Shown one piece after another: positions 1 through 10,672 of a stretch of DNA of 64,000 nt. Within the stretch, counting starts at the first letter, position 1; each line of letters opens with the position of its first letter. Under the pieces are notes generated by a model. The model ran no database searches. It was not told the DNA's origin and saw only the letters and a program-made list of their open reading frames with translations. The stretch lies in the NCBI RefSeq assembly GCF_025370715.1, contig NZ_JAMXEY010000002.1. One strand, given 5' to 3'. The DNA is from Laspinema olomoucense D3d. Its GTDB lineage: Bacteria; Cyanobacteriota; Cyanobacteriia; Cyanobacteriales; Laspinemataceae. The position numbers were made by a program, and so were the translations under genes.

Positions 1-294
1 ACCTTTGACAATAGTGGGTCTCGAAAAGCGGTAGCGGATTGCTGTGCCACTCAGGCAATTCCCTGTCTTCATGTAGGACTCGCGACAGATTATGCAGAAA
101 TCATTTGGAACGAAGTGTATCGGATTCCTTCCCCAGTTCTCGATGATATTTGTGATTATCCCTTGGCGAGAAATTTAGTCATGCTTACCGTGGCAGTCGC
201 TTGTGAGGTGATCATTGAGTTTGCGATCGCCCAGGCGCGTTCTAGCTATACAGTGACCCTAAGAGATTTTGCCATTAAACCCTTTAAAGCTTGA
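1..294 (+). CDS. 3' end of an upstream CDS (stop TGA at 292-294); product unknown
   Basis: Frame 1 is open from the window edge to TGA at 292-294. It translates to ...CCATQAIPCLHVGLATDYAEIIWNEVYRIP...TVTLRDFAIKPFKA with no internal stop. No family recognised. Confidence 0.3.
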   Translation, partial: TFDNSGSRKAVADCCATQAIPCLHVGLATDYAEIIWNEVYRIPSPVLDDICDYPLARNLVMLTVAVACEVIIEFAIAQARSSYTVTLRDFAIKPFKA

Positions 295-1019
295 ACTCAA
301 GCCGGTTAAAGAGACTGCACCTCCATCCATCGGATAGTCGGGATACCCAATCCCAGAAAAACCGGAAGAACGCCCCCGTTCCCACCCCCACAAGGGCGGG
401 AATATAGGCGTCGTGACCTGCTCGATCCTCACGGTGAAAGGGTGAATGATGCCCATTGACTCACCAATTCATGAGCATTTTTCGTAGCCTAATCCAGATA
501 ACCCATTAACTCCGATTCCTTCGTGGGGTTATTATTTGCGGCGATCGGACGACCCTGAGGGCCCGGGGCTAATTTAGTAATTTGGCTGCCCGGGTTCGTG
601 CTATCCGGAACGCTCTGAGTTTGGGTATCCTTATCCTGCTCTTTAGGCACTTTTAGACTCCTATCTCCATGTAGTTATTAACTATCTTAGGCGATTTTAG
701 ACTATTACGAATAAAAATCGGGTAAACTAAATGACAGAAGTAGAATCGGAATCATGATTTCTAGGGGGGTGAGAGAAAAATCAACCACCTACGGGTTCAT
801 ATTGAATCCTAAGATCATGCCGATGAACAGTTCAGGGGAAACGGATTTAGACAGCTTCAGTGCAGTAGGGCAACTGTGAAGCTCATCAAGGGCCCAATCC
901 CTGATTAATCAGGAATGATTTCTTGAGGACTAAAAAAATTAACCCGGTGGGTTGACCAGGTGAGCAAATTTTCTCCGTTCATGTTTCTTCTTGAGTTCTT
1001 TAGTGTTCTCTAACTGGCT

Positions 1020-4000
1020 ATGGGAGCTATCTTTTCAAGATATCGATTAAGAATCCCCCTGCAAGTCCTCTTAAATGTACCGCTTGTCCTGCTGTTAGTC
1101 TTTACCGTAGGACTGACCAATTCCCTTTTTTTGCATCGCAGTGATCAGGCGCTCAGTCTGATTGCCCACCAGTTAATGGCAAAAGCCGGGGCCCGGGTGG
1201 ATTTGTACCTGGATAACTATATCTCTCTAGCCGAACAGATTAACCGGAGTAATATTAAGGCTGTTGAATTTGACCGCCTAGACCCGCAGAATTTAGATGA
1301 AATAGAACGCCAGTTAATTTGGGAAATTTTCAGCTTCAATCAGATTCCCTATATTCTCTATGCGAATGAACAAGGGGATTTCAGAATTGCCAGTAATATT
1401 GACGGTGAGAGGACTTTGGGGGTGATTAATCATCGCCAGGGTCAGACTCTTAATCAATACAGAATTGATTCTAACGGACAACCTATCCTAGAGCCGAAAG
1501 ACACCAAAATTCTGCCATCGGATTGGGATGTTCGAGAACGTCCCTGGTATCTCGCTGCTAAACAGCAACAAGGGCCTATCTGGACTCCTACCTTTCAACG
1601 ATGGGATAACCAAGAGTTAGCGATTAATGCGAGTTGGCCGATTAGGGACCCGATTACTCAAACCGTGGCGGGAGTTTTTGGGATTAATTTACCCCTGAGC
1701 CAAGTTAATCAGTTTTTACAAAAAATTAAATTAGGAGAGTCGGGGGTTATTTTCATCATAGAACCCGATGGAAAATTAATTGCGAGTTCCACCGGGGAAT
1801 CCCCTCTTATTAAAAGTCATCCGGGAGGTATTCAGCGGAAATGGGCGCAGGAAAGTTCTCATCCTTTGGTGCGCTCTAGCAGTGATTTTTTGCTTTCAAA
1901 TTTTCCGAAAGAAAGTCAAAAAAATTCTCTCCACAAGTGGCATTTTAGGCAGCGAGGTCAAGGTTATTTTGCTCATAGCCTGCCCTATAAAAATGCAGAA
2001 AATGGGCTGAATTGGCAGATTGTAACGGTGGTCCCGGAAGTGGATTTAATGGGACCGTTGCAGGAATCCTTTAAACAGAGCATGGGGTTAGGAGTCTTAG
2101 GGGTCATGGTGGCAGTGGCCCTGGGGACCTGGTTGACTCAGGGCATTGTCCGTCCCCTGGTGATTCTCAGCCAAACTGCTGCCGCCTTAGCACATGGGGA
2201 TTTAGAGCGAAATCTGGATGAAAATTTACCCATTCAAGAACTAGCAGGGATGGCGCGATCGTTCAATCAAATGTCGGCACAATTGCGGGAAGCTTTTGCG
2301 CGTCTCCAGAGCAATTTGCGGGAGTCTGAAGCCCGATATGCCACCATTTTTCGTCATAGTCCCGATATGATTATGATTACCCATGTCCAAAGTAGACACT
2401 TCCTGGATGTTAATAATGCTTTTTTAGAATTATCGGGCTATCAATATGACGAAATTATCAATCGTTCCACGAAAGACATCAATCTAATTGTTAAGCCCGA
2501 GGAAGCTGATATCATCCGGCAACAACTGAAGGAAACCGGGGTAGTTAAAAATCAGGAATTGCACTGGCGGGCGAAATCTGGAGAGATTAAAATTTCCCTG
2601 GTTTCTTGTGAAGTCATCCAACTGGATGGAGAGCCAGTTATTCTTTCTATGCTGAAAGATATTGGTGAACGCAAAGCGATTGAGATAGCCCTAAGGAAAA
2701 GTGAAGAACGATTTCGGGAGATTGTCCAGACGATTGGACAGATGTTTTTCGTGCGATCGGCAACTACGGGAGAATTCATTTATATTAGTCCGGCTTATGA
2801 AGAAATCTGGGGACGAAGCCGTGAAAGTTTGTATCAAGATTATAATTCCTGGATGGAAGCAATTTATCCAGAAGACCGTGCTTTGGTGGAAGCCTCTGTC
2901 GCTGAACAATTTACTGGAAAGCCGCTGCAAAGAGAATATCGGATTCGGCGACCCGATGGGGAAATTCGCTGGATTTTTGCTCAAATTAACCTTCTGAAGG
3001 ATGAAGCGGGGAAGCCCGATCGCTTCATCGGGTTTGGGGAAGACATCACCTCTCGCAAAGCGCTGGAACTTGCACTCGCCGCCTCTGAACAAAAGTTAAA
3101 TGATATTCTCAATAGTTCGATCGCCGCGATCGTGCGAACTAAAATCTTAAATAATCAAGACTGGGATATTGATTATTTATCTGCCGGGTGTGAAACCGTC
3201 TTCGGCTATACCCCCCAAGACTTTTTGCAAGATAAATCCATTTGGATGGGTCGAATCGTCCCCGAGGATCTAGAAAACGTTATTTTACCTTTATTTGGGC
3301 AGATTCTTCAAGAAAAAACCAGCAGTTTTGAGTATCGATTCCAGCACAAATGCGGTAGTATTCGCTACTTATCTACCCGATATACCTCCCGGTTTGCACC
3401 CCATGAGAATTGCTGGTTTGTCACTCAAGTCACCGTTGATATTACCGATCGCAAACAAACAGAAGCAGCCCTCAAACAGAGTGAAGAACAATATCGCCGG
3501 ATTGTGGAAACCGCCAATGAGGGAATTTGGAGCATTGATGCCCAAGACTGTACGAATTTTGTCAACCCCAAAATGGCTGAGCTCCTCGGATATACCCCGG
3601 AAGAAATGCTAGGAAAATCCCTCCTTGATTTTATGGATGAAGGCGGAAAACAAGAGGCCCGAGAAAAATTAGAACAGCGTAAACAAGGAATCCTCGAACA
3701 GCATGACTTCCTGTTTTACGGCAAAAATGGCTCACCCCTTTGGACCCTGCTCTCAGCAGCGCCCATTTTTAATGAAGGGGGAGAGTATATGGGGAGTTTG
3801 GCAATGGTGACTGACATCACCACCCGCAAACAAGCTGAACAGGCCCTAGCACGAAAAACCCAGCAGGAACACCTCTTAAACCAGGTGATTCAAGCGATCC
3901 ATCAATCCCTGGATTTAAGTACCATCTTCTCCACCGCCACCACCGGGATTGCCAAACTGGTGGATTTTGAGCGCGCTTCTATCGTGCGTTATCTCCCGGA

Positions 4001-7000
4001 ACAGGGGGTCTGGACTCATTTATATTCCTATAATCCAGAGTCGGAATTACCGGAAGAAGTCGCTGAAGATATCCCCGATGAAGGCAATCCGTTTGCAGCA
4101 CAACTCAAACAACTGCAAGTGGTGGTGGTGGATACCAATACCATTGACGACCCGATTAATGAAGAAGTGGCCCGCGATCGCCAAGGGGCTTGGCTATTAG
4201 TTCCCCTCGCCGTGAACGGCACGATCTGGGGTTCCCTGAGTTTATGGAGTCCAAAATACCTCCCTTGGCAGAAGGAAGAAATCGAACTGGCTCGTCGAGT
4301 CGTGGAACCCTTGGGCATCGCGATTCATCAAGCAAATCTCTATCAGCAAAGCCAAGAAGCTCAGGCGGCTTTCCGAGACAGTGAATCGCGATTACGGTTA
4401 GCTTTAGAAGTTTCCAATACCATTGCTTGGGAACGAAACCTCACCACCAATCAGATCGTCTTCTCAGCTACAAGTAGTGATTCAGTTCCTCAAGTGATGT
4501 CCTATGAAGAATACCTCGCCTTGGTTCATCCTGAAGATCGAGAAGAATTGCAATGTTTAAATAAAGCAGCAATTTGCCAAAGCGGAGGGTTTAAAACAGA
4601 ATATCGAATTAGTTTTCCCCCCACTTCTCGGGGATGGCGGTGGATTCAGGACCATGCTAAGGTGGTCACCGATGCCACCGGAACTTCCAATCGCATGATC
4701 GGAATGTCCATTGATATGACCGATCGCAAGCAGTCTGAAGAAATCTTAAAAATTACTTTAAATCGCCTCCAAAACCTGGCAAGGGCTGTACCGGGTAACA
4801 TTTATTCTCTGGTTCAACACCCCGATGGGTCCCTGGAATTTGAATACATTAATCAGGCCATTGAAGAAATTTTAGAAATTCCCTTAAAGCAGGTTTTTGA
4901 AAATGTTGAAGCGGCTATTATTAAGTCGATTCATCCGGAAGATAAGGCGGGATATTTTGAAGCAATTCAATCCTCCCTCGAAACCTTAAAAGTGTTTAAA
5001 TATGAATGGCGAGTGATTACACCTTCGGGACAACTGAAATGGGTGCAAGGAAACTCGCAACCCGAGCAACGAGAAAATGGGGATATAGTCTGGCATGGCA
5101 TTATTTTAGATGTTAGCGATCGCAAATTAGTGGAAGAAAAACTCCGCCATAGCCAAAATGCTTTACTCGAAGCCCAACGCATCGCTCATTTCGGTAACTG
5201 GTCGTTTAACCTGCTCACGAAAAAGCTCCTAGGTTCGGAAGAAGCTTTTCGGATTTTCGGATTTGAATCCCCATTCATCGAACCCACTTATCGCGACTTT
5301 TTAGAGCGAATTCACCCCCAAGATTTACCCAAATTTCCCGGTAATTTTAACGAATTGCTTGCCCAAGAGTTCCCCCAGGAACATGAATTTCGGGTTCTTT
5401 TACCCGATGGGACTGTCCGCTATATCCTCGGTAAAGGGCAGCCCATTTTCAATGAATCGGGAGAAAGAGTCGAACTTTTTGGCACAGTCCAAGACATCAC
5501 CCAGGCTAAATTGGCCGAACAGGAATTACGGGAAAGCGAAGAAAAATTCCGACAACTCGCTGAAAATATTCAAGAAGTTTTCTTTATCCTCTCTCAATCC
5601 GGTGAGATGATTTATATCAGTCCCGCTTATGAAGAAATTTGGGGTAGGACTTGCCAGAGCTTATATCAAAATCCTCGGGACTGGTTACAATCGGTTCATC
5701 CAGAGGAGCGTGAGCATATCCAAAGAAGGTTAATGCGCCAAATTAGCGAAGGAACTGATTTTGAGGAAATCTACCGCATCGTGCAACCCCAGGGAGAAAT
5801 TCGCTGGGTTCGAGCGCGGTCCTTTCCCATCCAGAATCCCTCTGGGGAGTCCTACCGCTTTGTCGGAATTGCCGAAGATATCACCGATCGCAAACAGGCG
5901 GAAGAAGCAGTACAGGAGAGCGAATCTACCCTCCGCAGCTTTTTTAACAGTGCCTCGATGCTGATGGGAATTATCGAACTCTATCCCGAGGATATTCTGC
6001 ATTTGGCTGACAATTTAGCCAGTGCCCAATTTTTTGGCACAACCACCGAAGCCATGAAAAATCACTTCGCCACCGAGATGGGTGTTTCCAAAGTGGCTCT
6101 GGAGATGTGGTTGAGTCACTACCGTACAGCCGAACGCACAGGAAAGCCCGTAAAATTTGAGTACAACCATCTAACACCTGGAGGTGAAAAATGGCTCTCG
6201 GCCAGCGTTTGTCCCATTTTCGGAATCATGAGCGCTCACCCGAGATTTTCCTATATTGTCGAGGATATTACCGATCGCAAACAAGCGGAATTCGCCCTCC
6301 AAGAGCGCGAAAGAATTCTCCGAACCCTCGGGGACAATCTTGATAAAGGGCTGATTTATCAGTTGGTCCGCGAACCCGATGGCCGGTATCATTTTACTTA
6401 CATCAGCGCCGGAATTAAGCGGTTAATTGGCATAGACCCGGAAGCCATTATCGCGGACTCCAGCTTATTGCACAGCCGAGTTTTCCCCGAAGATCAACCG
6501 TTGAATGCCCAGCTTACGGAAGAATCTTTTAAAAATGTGTCTCCCTTCCAAATGCAGATGAGGAAGTACAACCAGGACGGTAAAATTCAGTGGTCTCAAC
6601 TGCGTTCAGTGCCGCGCCGGATGCAGGATGGACGCACCATTTGGGATGGAATTGAAATGGATATCACGGAGCTCAAGCAGATCGAAGAGGAACTGCAACA
6701 GGCCAAGGAGAAAGCAGAAGCGGCCAACCAAGCAAAAAGCGAGTTTTTGGCTAATATGAGCCATGAAATTCGGACTCCAATGAATGCTATTTTAGGATTT
6801 TGCGAACTACTCAAAGGGATGATGAATGAGCCACAACAGCAGTCTTATCTTCAGACCATTGCTACAAGTGGACAAACCTTACTGGCTTTAATTAACGATA
6901 TTCTGGATCTGTCTAAAATTGAGTCAGGGAAGCTAGAATTGAACTATGAACCTGTATTAATTCGCCCTTTAGTGGGGGATATTCAGCAAATTTTTTCCCA

Positions 7001-8189
7001 GAAGGCAGAAGCCAAGGGTCTAGGGATATTTATTAATATTAGTGAGACGGTCCCCGAGGGGATTGTATTTGATGAAGTCCGCTTGCGGCAAATCCTATTT
7101 AATGTGGTGGGTAATGCCCTGAAATTCACGGAAATGGGGTCCGTAACGATTCATGTGAATGCTAATTTATCCAGGACTAGCGAGCCGTTCCATGTATGTT
7201 TAGAGTTGGCCGTGTCTGATACCGGGATCGGGATACCATCCCATCGCCAAGAGCAGATTTTTGAGGCGTTTATCCAAAACGATGGTAAAACAACTCGGAA
7301 ATATGGCGGCACAGGGTTGGGGTTAGCCATTACCAAACGACTCACAGAAATGCTGGGAGGAACAATACATTTAAAAAGTGAACTCCATCACGGAAGTACC
7401 TTTACTTTTGTCTTTCCTGATGTAGAAATTGCCAGGACCGAAATTGGCAACATAGAGTCTGCACCTGTGGATGAAAATTTAGAGCAGTTCCAACCCGGAA
7501 CGATTTTAATCGTGGATGATGTCCCCTCAAATTTGGACTTAATTGCGGGCTATTTTGGCAAAACAAAGCACCAACTGCTGTTTGCGCGGGATGGCCGGGA
7601 AGCCATTGAACAGGCGATCGCCTCCCAACCTGATCTGATTTTATTGGATTTGTGGATGCCTGAACTCAACGGCATTGAAGTTGCCCAATTTCTCAAGAAC
7701 AACCCAGAAACCCAGAGTATTCCGATTGTGGTCCTCACCGCTTCTTCGCGATCGAGTGATGAAGCCCTCGTCAAATCGCTATGCGAGGGTTTTCTGCGCA
7801 AACCGCTGAGGCGATCGCAACTGGTTTCCCTGTTAAAAAGTATTTTACCCCGGGAAGAAGGAGAGAAAACCCTGACGGTTTGTTCCCCGATTGAGTCCCG
7901 TTTGGACAATGAAAATCCGGTTAGTGTGGAAGTGTTAGGAAAATTACCGGCATTACTTGAGCAACTGCGTCAGGAAGAAGAAACAACTTGGCCCATGTTG
8001 TCTCAAACCATGAAACGGCGCGACTTAAGAAACTTTAGCGATCGCTTGCACGCTTGGGCGTTAGAATATCAGTGTCAGGCACTCTTAGCCTATGCGACGA
8101 CTCTCCAAAGCCAGATAGCCGCCTTTGACTGGGAACGCCTGCCTAAAACCCTGGAAAATTTCCCCGAGGTTAGACGCTCGTTATTATGA
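1020..8189 (+). CDS. Multi-sensor hybrid histidine kinase, 2389 aa. Two TM helices flank a periplasmic Cache/CHASE-like sensor. Then HAMP, ~10 PAS/PAC modules with one embedded GAF, HisKA, HATPase_c, REC, and a possible Hpt-like C-terminal tail
   Basis: TM1 LNVPLVLLLVFTVGL and TM2 LGVLGVMVAVALGTW bracket a ~320-aa extracytoplasmic region. HAMP follows TM2. Repeated PAC motifs (DITxRKQAEEAL) occur about 10 times. A GAF-like block is at aa ~960-1110. H-box is EFLANMSHEIRTPMNAI. G-boxes are DTGIGIP and GGTGLGLAI. Receiver is ILIVDDVPSNL...LLDLWMPELNG...LRKPL. Confidence 0.9.
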   Translation: MGAIFSRYRLRIPLQVLLNVPLVLLLVFTVGLTNSLFLHRSDQALSLIAHQLMAKAGARVDLYLDNYISLAEQINRSNIKAVEFDRLDPQNLDEIERQLIWEIFSFNQIPYILYANEQGDFRIASNIDGERTLGVINHRQGQTLNQYRIDSNGQPILEPKDTKILPSDWDVRERPWYLAAKQQQGPIWTPTFQRWDNQELAINASWPIRDPITQTVAGVFGINLPLSQVNQFLQKIKLGESGVIFIIEPDGKLIASSTGESPLIKSHPGGIQRKWAQESSHPLVRSSSDFLLSNFPKESQKNSLHKWHFRQRGQGYFAHSLPYKNAENGLNWQIVTVVPEVDLMGPLQESFKQSMGLGVLGVMVAVALGTWLTQGIVRPLVILSQTAAALAHGDLERNLDENLPIQELAGMARSFNQMSAQLREAFARLQSNLRESEARYATIFRHSPDMIMITHVQSRHFLDVNNAFLELSGYQYDEIINRSTKDINLIVKPEEADIIRQQLKETGVVKNQELHWRAKSGEIKISLVSCEVIQLDGEPVILSMLKDIGERKAIEIALRKSEERFREIVQTIGQMFFVRSATTGEFIYISPAYEEIWGRSRESLYQDYNSWMEAIYPEDRALVEASVAEQFTGKPLQREYRIRRPDGEIRWIFAQINLLKDEAGKPDRFIGFGEDITSRKALELALAASEQKLNDILNSSIAAIVRTKILNNQDWDIDYLSAGCETVFGYTPQDFLQDKSIWMGRIVPEDLENVILPLFGQILQEKTSSFEYRFQHKCGSIRYLSTRYTSRFAPHENCWFVTQVTVDITDRKQTEAALKQSEEQYRRIVETANEGIWSIDAQDCTNFVNPKMAELLGYTPEEMLGKSLLDFMDEGGKQEAREKLEQRKQGILEQHDFLFYGKNGSPLWTLLSAAPIFNEGGEYMGSLAMVTDITTRKQAEQALARKTQQEHLLNQVIQAIHQSLDLSTIFSTATTGIAKLVDFERASIVRYLPEQGVWTHLYSYNPESELPEEVAEDIPDEGNPFAAQLKQLQVVVVDTNTIDDPINEEVARDRQGAWLLVPLAVNGTIWGSLSLWSPKYLPWQKEEIELARRVVEPLGIAIHQANLYQQSQEAQAAFRDSESRLRLALEVSNTIAWERNLTTNQIVFSATSSDSVPQVMSYEEYLALVHPEDREELQCLNKAAICQSGGFKTEYRISFPPTSRGWRWIQDHAKVVTDATGTSNRMIGMSIDMTDRKQSEEILKITLNRLQNLARAVPGNIYSLVQHPDGSLEFEYINQAIEEILEIPLKQVFENVEAAIIKSIHPEDKAGYFEAIQSSLETLKVFKYEWRVITPSGQLKWVQGNSQPEQRENGDIVWHGIILDVSDRKLVEEKLRHSQNALLEAQRIAHFGNWSFNLLTKKLLGSEEAFRIFGFESPFIEPTYRDFLERIHPQDLPKFPGNFNELLAQEFPQEHEFRVLLPDGTVRYILGKGQPIFNESGERVELFGTVQDITQAKLAEQELRESEEKFRQLAENIQEVFFILSQSGEMIYISPAYEEIWGRTCQSLYQNPRDWLQSVHPEEREHIQRRLMRQISEGTDFEEIYRIVQPQGEIRWVRARSFPIQNPSGESYRFVGIAEDITDRKQAEEAVQESESTLRSFFNSASMLMGIIELYPEDILHLADNLASAQFFGTTTEAMKNHFATEMGVSKVALEMWLSHYRTAERTGKPVKFEYNHLTPGGEKWLSASVCPIFGIMSAHPRFSYIVEDITDRKQAEFALQERERILRTLGDNLDKGLIYQLVREPDGRYHFTYISAGIKRLIGIDPEAIIADSSLLHSRVFPEDQPLNAQLTEESFKNVSPFQMQMRKYNQDGKIQWSQLRSVPRRMQDGRTIWDGIEMDITELKQIEEELQQAKEKAEAANQAKSEFLANMSHEIRTPMNAILGFCELLKGMMNEPQQQSYLQTIATSGQTLLALINDILDLSKIESGKLELNYEPVLIRPLVGDIQQIFSQKAEAKGLGIFINISETVPEGIVFDEVRLRQILFNVVGNALKFTEMGSVTIHVNANLSRTSEPFHVCLELAVSDTGIGIPSHRQEQIFEAFIQNDGKTTRKYGGTGLGLAITKRLTEMLGGTIHLKSELHHGSTFTFVFPDVEIARTEIGNIESAPVDENLEQFQPGTILIVDDVPSNLDLIAGYFGKTKHQLLFARDGREAIEQAIASQPDLILLDLWMPELNGIEVAQFLKNNPETQSIPIVVLTASSRSSDEALVKSLCEGFLRKPLRRSQLVSLLKSILPREEGEKTLTVCSPIESRLDNENPVSVEVLGKLPALLEQLRQEEETTWPMLSQTMKRRDLRNFSDRLHAWALEYQCQALLAYATTLQSQIAAFDWERLPKTLENFPEVRRSLL

Positions 8190-8441
8190 CTCAATCTTCA
8201 CTGAGGCGAAGGGTTCGGGTTGAGAAAATCTTCTCCAGGGAAGCAGTTCCCCAAGCGTCCCCAGTTCTAGTCCTCCCAACCCAGACCTCATCGAGCCCCT
8301 TGTCCTACCTAAACCAGAACTCCGCTTGTTTAAGGGACTTCAGGGGCAAAGTTCTGTGTAACTTTCTTCGATAGATATGGCACCGATTGGATGAGGGTCT
8401 TGTGCCGCTGTTTAATTCTTACCCGTCAACTCTAAACTTGT

Positions 8442-10544
8442 ATGTTGCTATTTAAACCCGAAGATTGTTTAATTTTAGTCGTAGATGACGTCCGACAAAA
8501 TCTCCAAGTCATTGGAGAAATATTAGAAATAGCAGGCTATGAAACCACCTTTGCGGCTAGTGGTCAACAAGCTTTATCTCGGGTAGAAACAGCCCAGCCG
8601 GATCTAATCCTTCTGGATTTAATGATGCCGGAAATGAGCGGGCTAGAAGTCTGTAAAATTTTAAAGGACGATCCCAGATTCAGCGAAATACCCATTATTT
8701 TCTTAACCGCTAGTAATGATGTTGGAAATTTATTGCAAGCGTTTAAATATGGGGCTAATGATTATATTACTAAACCGTTTCACTCCGAGGAAATATTGGC
8801 CAGAGTTGAAGCCCAGTTAACCAATAAAAAGCTCAAGAAAAAGCTAGAAGAAAAAAATCAGGAACTTGAGACAGAAATCGGGGTGCGGCGACGCACGGAA
8901 GAAGCCCTGCAACAGGCTATAGAGTTAGCAAATGCGGCCAATCGAGCGAAAAGTAGCTTTTTGGCTAACATGAGCCATGAGTTGCGGACTCCTCTGAATG
9001 CGATTCTGGGGTTCACCCAGTTGATGACCCATAGTTCTAACCTAACTCTCGAACAACAAAATAATTTAGGCATCATTCATCGCAGTGGTGAACATCTCCT
9101 CAATTTAATTAATGACATTTTAGATTTATCTAAAATTGAAGCGGATCAAATTGGGATTAATGCGACGGAATTTATCTTAAAAGATATGTTAATCGAACTC
9201 GAAGAAATGTTTCGCCTCAAACTGCGAGAAAAAGGGTTGAAGCTGGACATTATCCTAGAAAATCGGGTCCCCGTCGCCATTGAGAGCGATCGCCTCAAAC
9301 TGCGGCAAATTTTAATCAACCTTTTGAGCAATGCCATTAAATTCACCCCATCGGGAGGAGTTAAACTGCGCGTGAATGCCATCAGGGACCCGGAAAAAAC
9401 CTTTTTAAGTTTTGAAATAACCGATACCGGCAGAGGGATTAGTCCCGAGGAACTCAGCAAGCTATTCCAGCCTTTCGTACAGACTGAAACCGGCATGGCA
9501 GCGGCAGAAGGGACGGGACTTGGGTTAGTGATCTGCCGTAAATATGTGCGTCTTTTAGGGGGCGAAATTACGGTGAGTTCTGAACCCAATGTGGGTACAA
9601 CTTTTAAATTTCAAATTGCCATTAAGCCTGTGGGATCAACCGACTACTGTGGAGGGCAAACCTCGACCCCACGAGTTGTGGCGATCGCCCCCAACCAACC
9701 CCCCTATCGGATTGTGGTGGCTGATGACGAAGCCACTAATCGGCAACTACTCACCACCATGCTCTCAGGGGTAGGATTTGAGGTTAGAGAAGCCATAAAT
9801 GGTCAAGAAGCCCTGGAAATTTCCCGCAGTTTTGAACCCCATTTAATCTGGATGGATGTGCGAATGCCTGTTCTGGATGGATGCGAAGCCACCCAACAAA
9901 TTAAAACCACTTGTACAGGGTTACCCCCCACCATTATCGCGGTGACGGCCAGTGTTTTTGAGGAAGAGAAAGGGGCTATTTTATCCGCTGGATACGATGA
10001 TTTTCTGCTTAAACCCATTCAAGAATCCCTAGTTTTTGAAAAAATGTCTAAGCACTTGGGTGTTTCCTACATTTACGAAGAAATGACCTCTATTTTAAGT
10101 GACCAGGTGCGCTCAAGAGAAAACCAATGGAAAAATTTAAAAAATTTATCTACTTCCCTGATTTGTGATCTGGAATACGCGACTTTAGCCCTTGATGATG
10201 AACGACTCAATCGCCTGGTTTCAGCAATTCCCTCCGAATGTGGCGAACTGGAACAAATTATTCGAGAATGCCTGGAAAATTTTGATTATTATACTATTTT
10301 AGAAGCCATTAAAACAGCTAAAAAGGAACGGTTTGCTCACTCCCATCTCACGGGTGAATGGATTGTGCAGATGACTCAGGCTATCTACAGTGCTGATGCC
10401 AGGGAGATTAAATATTTAATTGCTCAACTCGAACCCGAAAACCGGGAAGTAGCGGAACAGTTAGAATATTATTTATCGAATTTAGATTATCAAAATATCC
10501 TGCGGGCGATCGCGGATCTTGAAGAAACCCCACCTCTAGCTTAA
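8442..10544 (+). CDS. Hybrid response regulator/histidine kinase: REC, coiled coil, HisKA, HATPase_c, REC, then an unknown ~170-aa C-terminal domain with an internal repeat
   Basis: N-terminal receiver ILVVDDVRQNL...LLDLMMPEMSG...ITKPF. H-box SFLANMSHELRTPLNAILGF. G-boxes TDTGRGI and GTGLGLVICRKYV. Second receiver IVVADDEATN...WMDVRMPVLDG...LLKPI. C-terminus has two similar segments, ENFDYYTILEAIKTA and NLDYQNILRAIADLE. Confidence 0.9.
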   Translation: MLLFKPEDCLILVVDDVRQNLQVIGEILEIAGYETTFAASGQQALSRVETAQPDLILLDLMMPEMSGLEVCKILKDDPRFSEIPIIFLTASNDVGNLLQAFKYGANDYITKPFHSEEILARVEAQLTNKKLKKKLEEKNQELETEIGVRRRTEEALQQAIELANAANRAKSSFLANMSHELRTPLNAILGFTQLMTHSSNLTLEQQNNLGIIHRSGEHLLNLINDILDLSKIEADQIGINATEFILKDMLIELEEMFRLKLREKGLKLDIILENRVPVAIESDRLKLRQILINLLSNAIKFTPSGGVKLRVNAIRDPEKTFLSFEITDTGRGISPEELSKLFQPFVQTETGMAAAEGTGLGLVICRKYVRLLGGEITVSSEPNVGTTFKFQIAIKPVGSTDYCGGQTSTPRVVAIAPNQPPYRIVVADDEATNRQLLTTMLSGVGFEVREAINGQEALEISRSFEPHLIWMDVRMPVLDGCEATQQIKTTCTGLPPTIIAVTASVFEEEKGAILSAGYDDFLLKPIQESLVFEKMSKHLGVSYIYEEMTSILSDQVRSRENQWKNLKNLSTSLICDLEYATLALDDERLNRLVSAIPSECGELEQIIRECLENFDYYTILEAIKTAKKERFAHSHLTGEWIVQMTQAIYSADAREIKYLIAQLEPENREVAEQLEYYLSNLDYQNILRAIADLEETPPLA

Positions 10545-10672
10545 TTCCTATCATGATGCTTCCAGCATCCTCTTTCCTCTCCCGTATTCCTTCGTGAATC
10601 TGGGAAAAAATTTACTCTTCAAGCACCCACCCCCCAGACTTGAACCCTTTCGGGCCTCCTAAGCGGGAAATT

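Noticed and set aside
259-456. A 65-aa minus-strand ORF at the window start
   Set aside because: It overlaps the 3' end of the plus-strand partial CDS and is Gly/Ser/Pro-rich with no start context.
2552-3092. Antisense ORFs (75-133 aa) inside the giant histidine-kinase gene, with similar ones at 4028-4318, 5730-6002, 6171-6392 and 7550-7909
   Set aside because: They lie entirely within a well-supported long CDS on the opposite strand. Their compositions are low-complexity Arg/Ser/Pro-rich, as expected of non-coding frames, and they have no motifs.
8186-8374. A 62-aa ORF immediately after the giant kinase
   Set aside because: It overlaps the stop of the upstream gene, is Ser/Pro-rich and has no RBS. 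The interval is more plausibly the intergenic promoter of the following hybrid kinase.
9146-9589. A 147-aa minus-strand ORF inside the hybrid HK/RR gene
   Set aside because: It lies opposite a domain-rich real CDS. It has no RBS and no recognisable fold.
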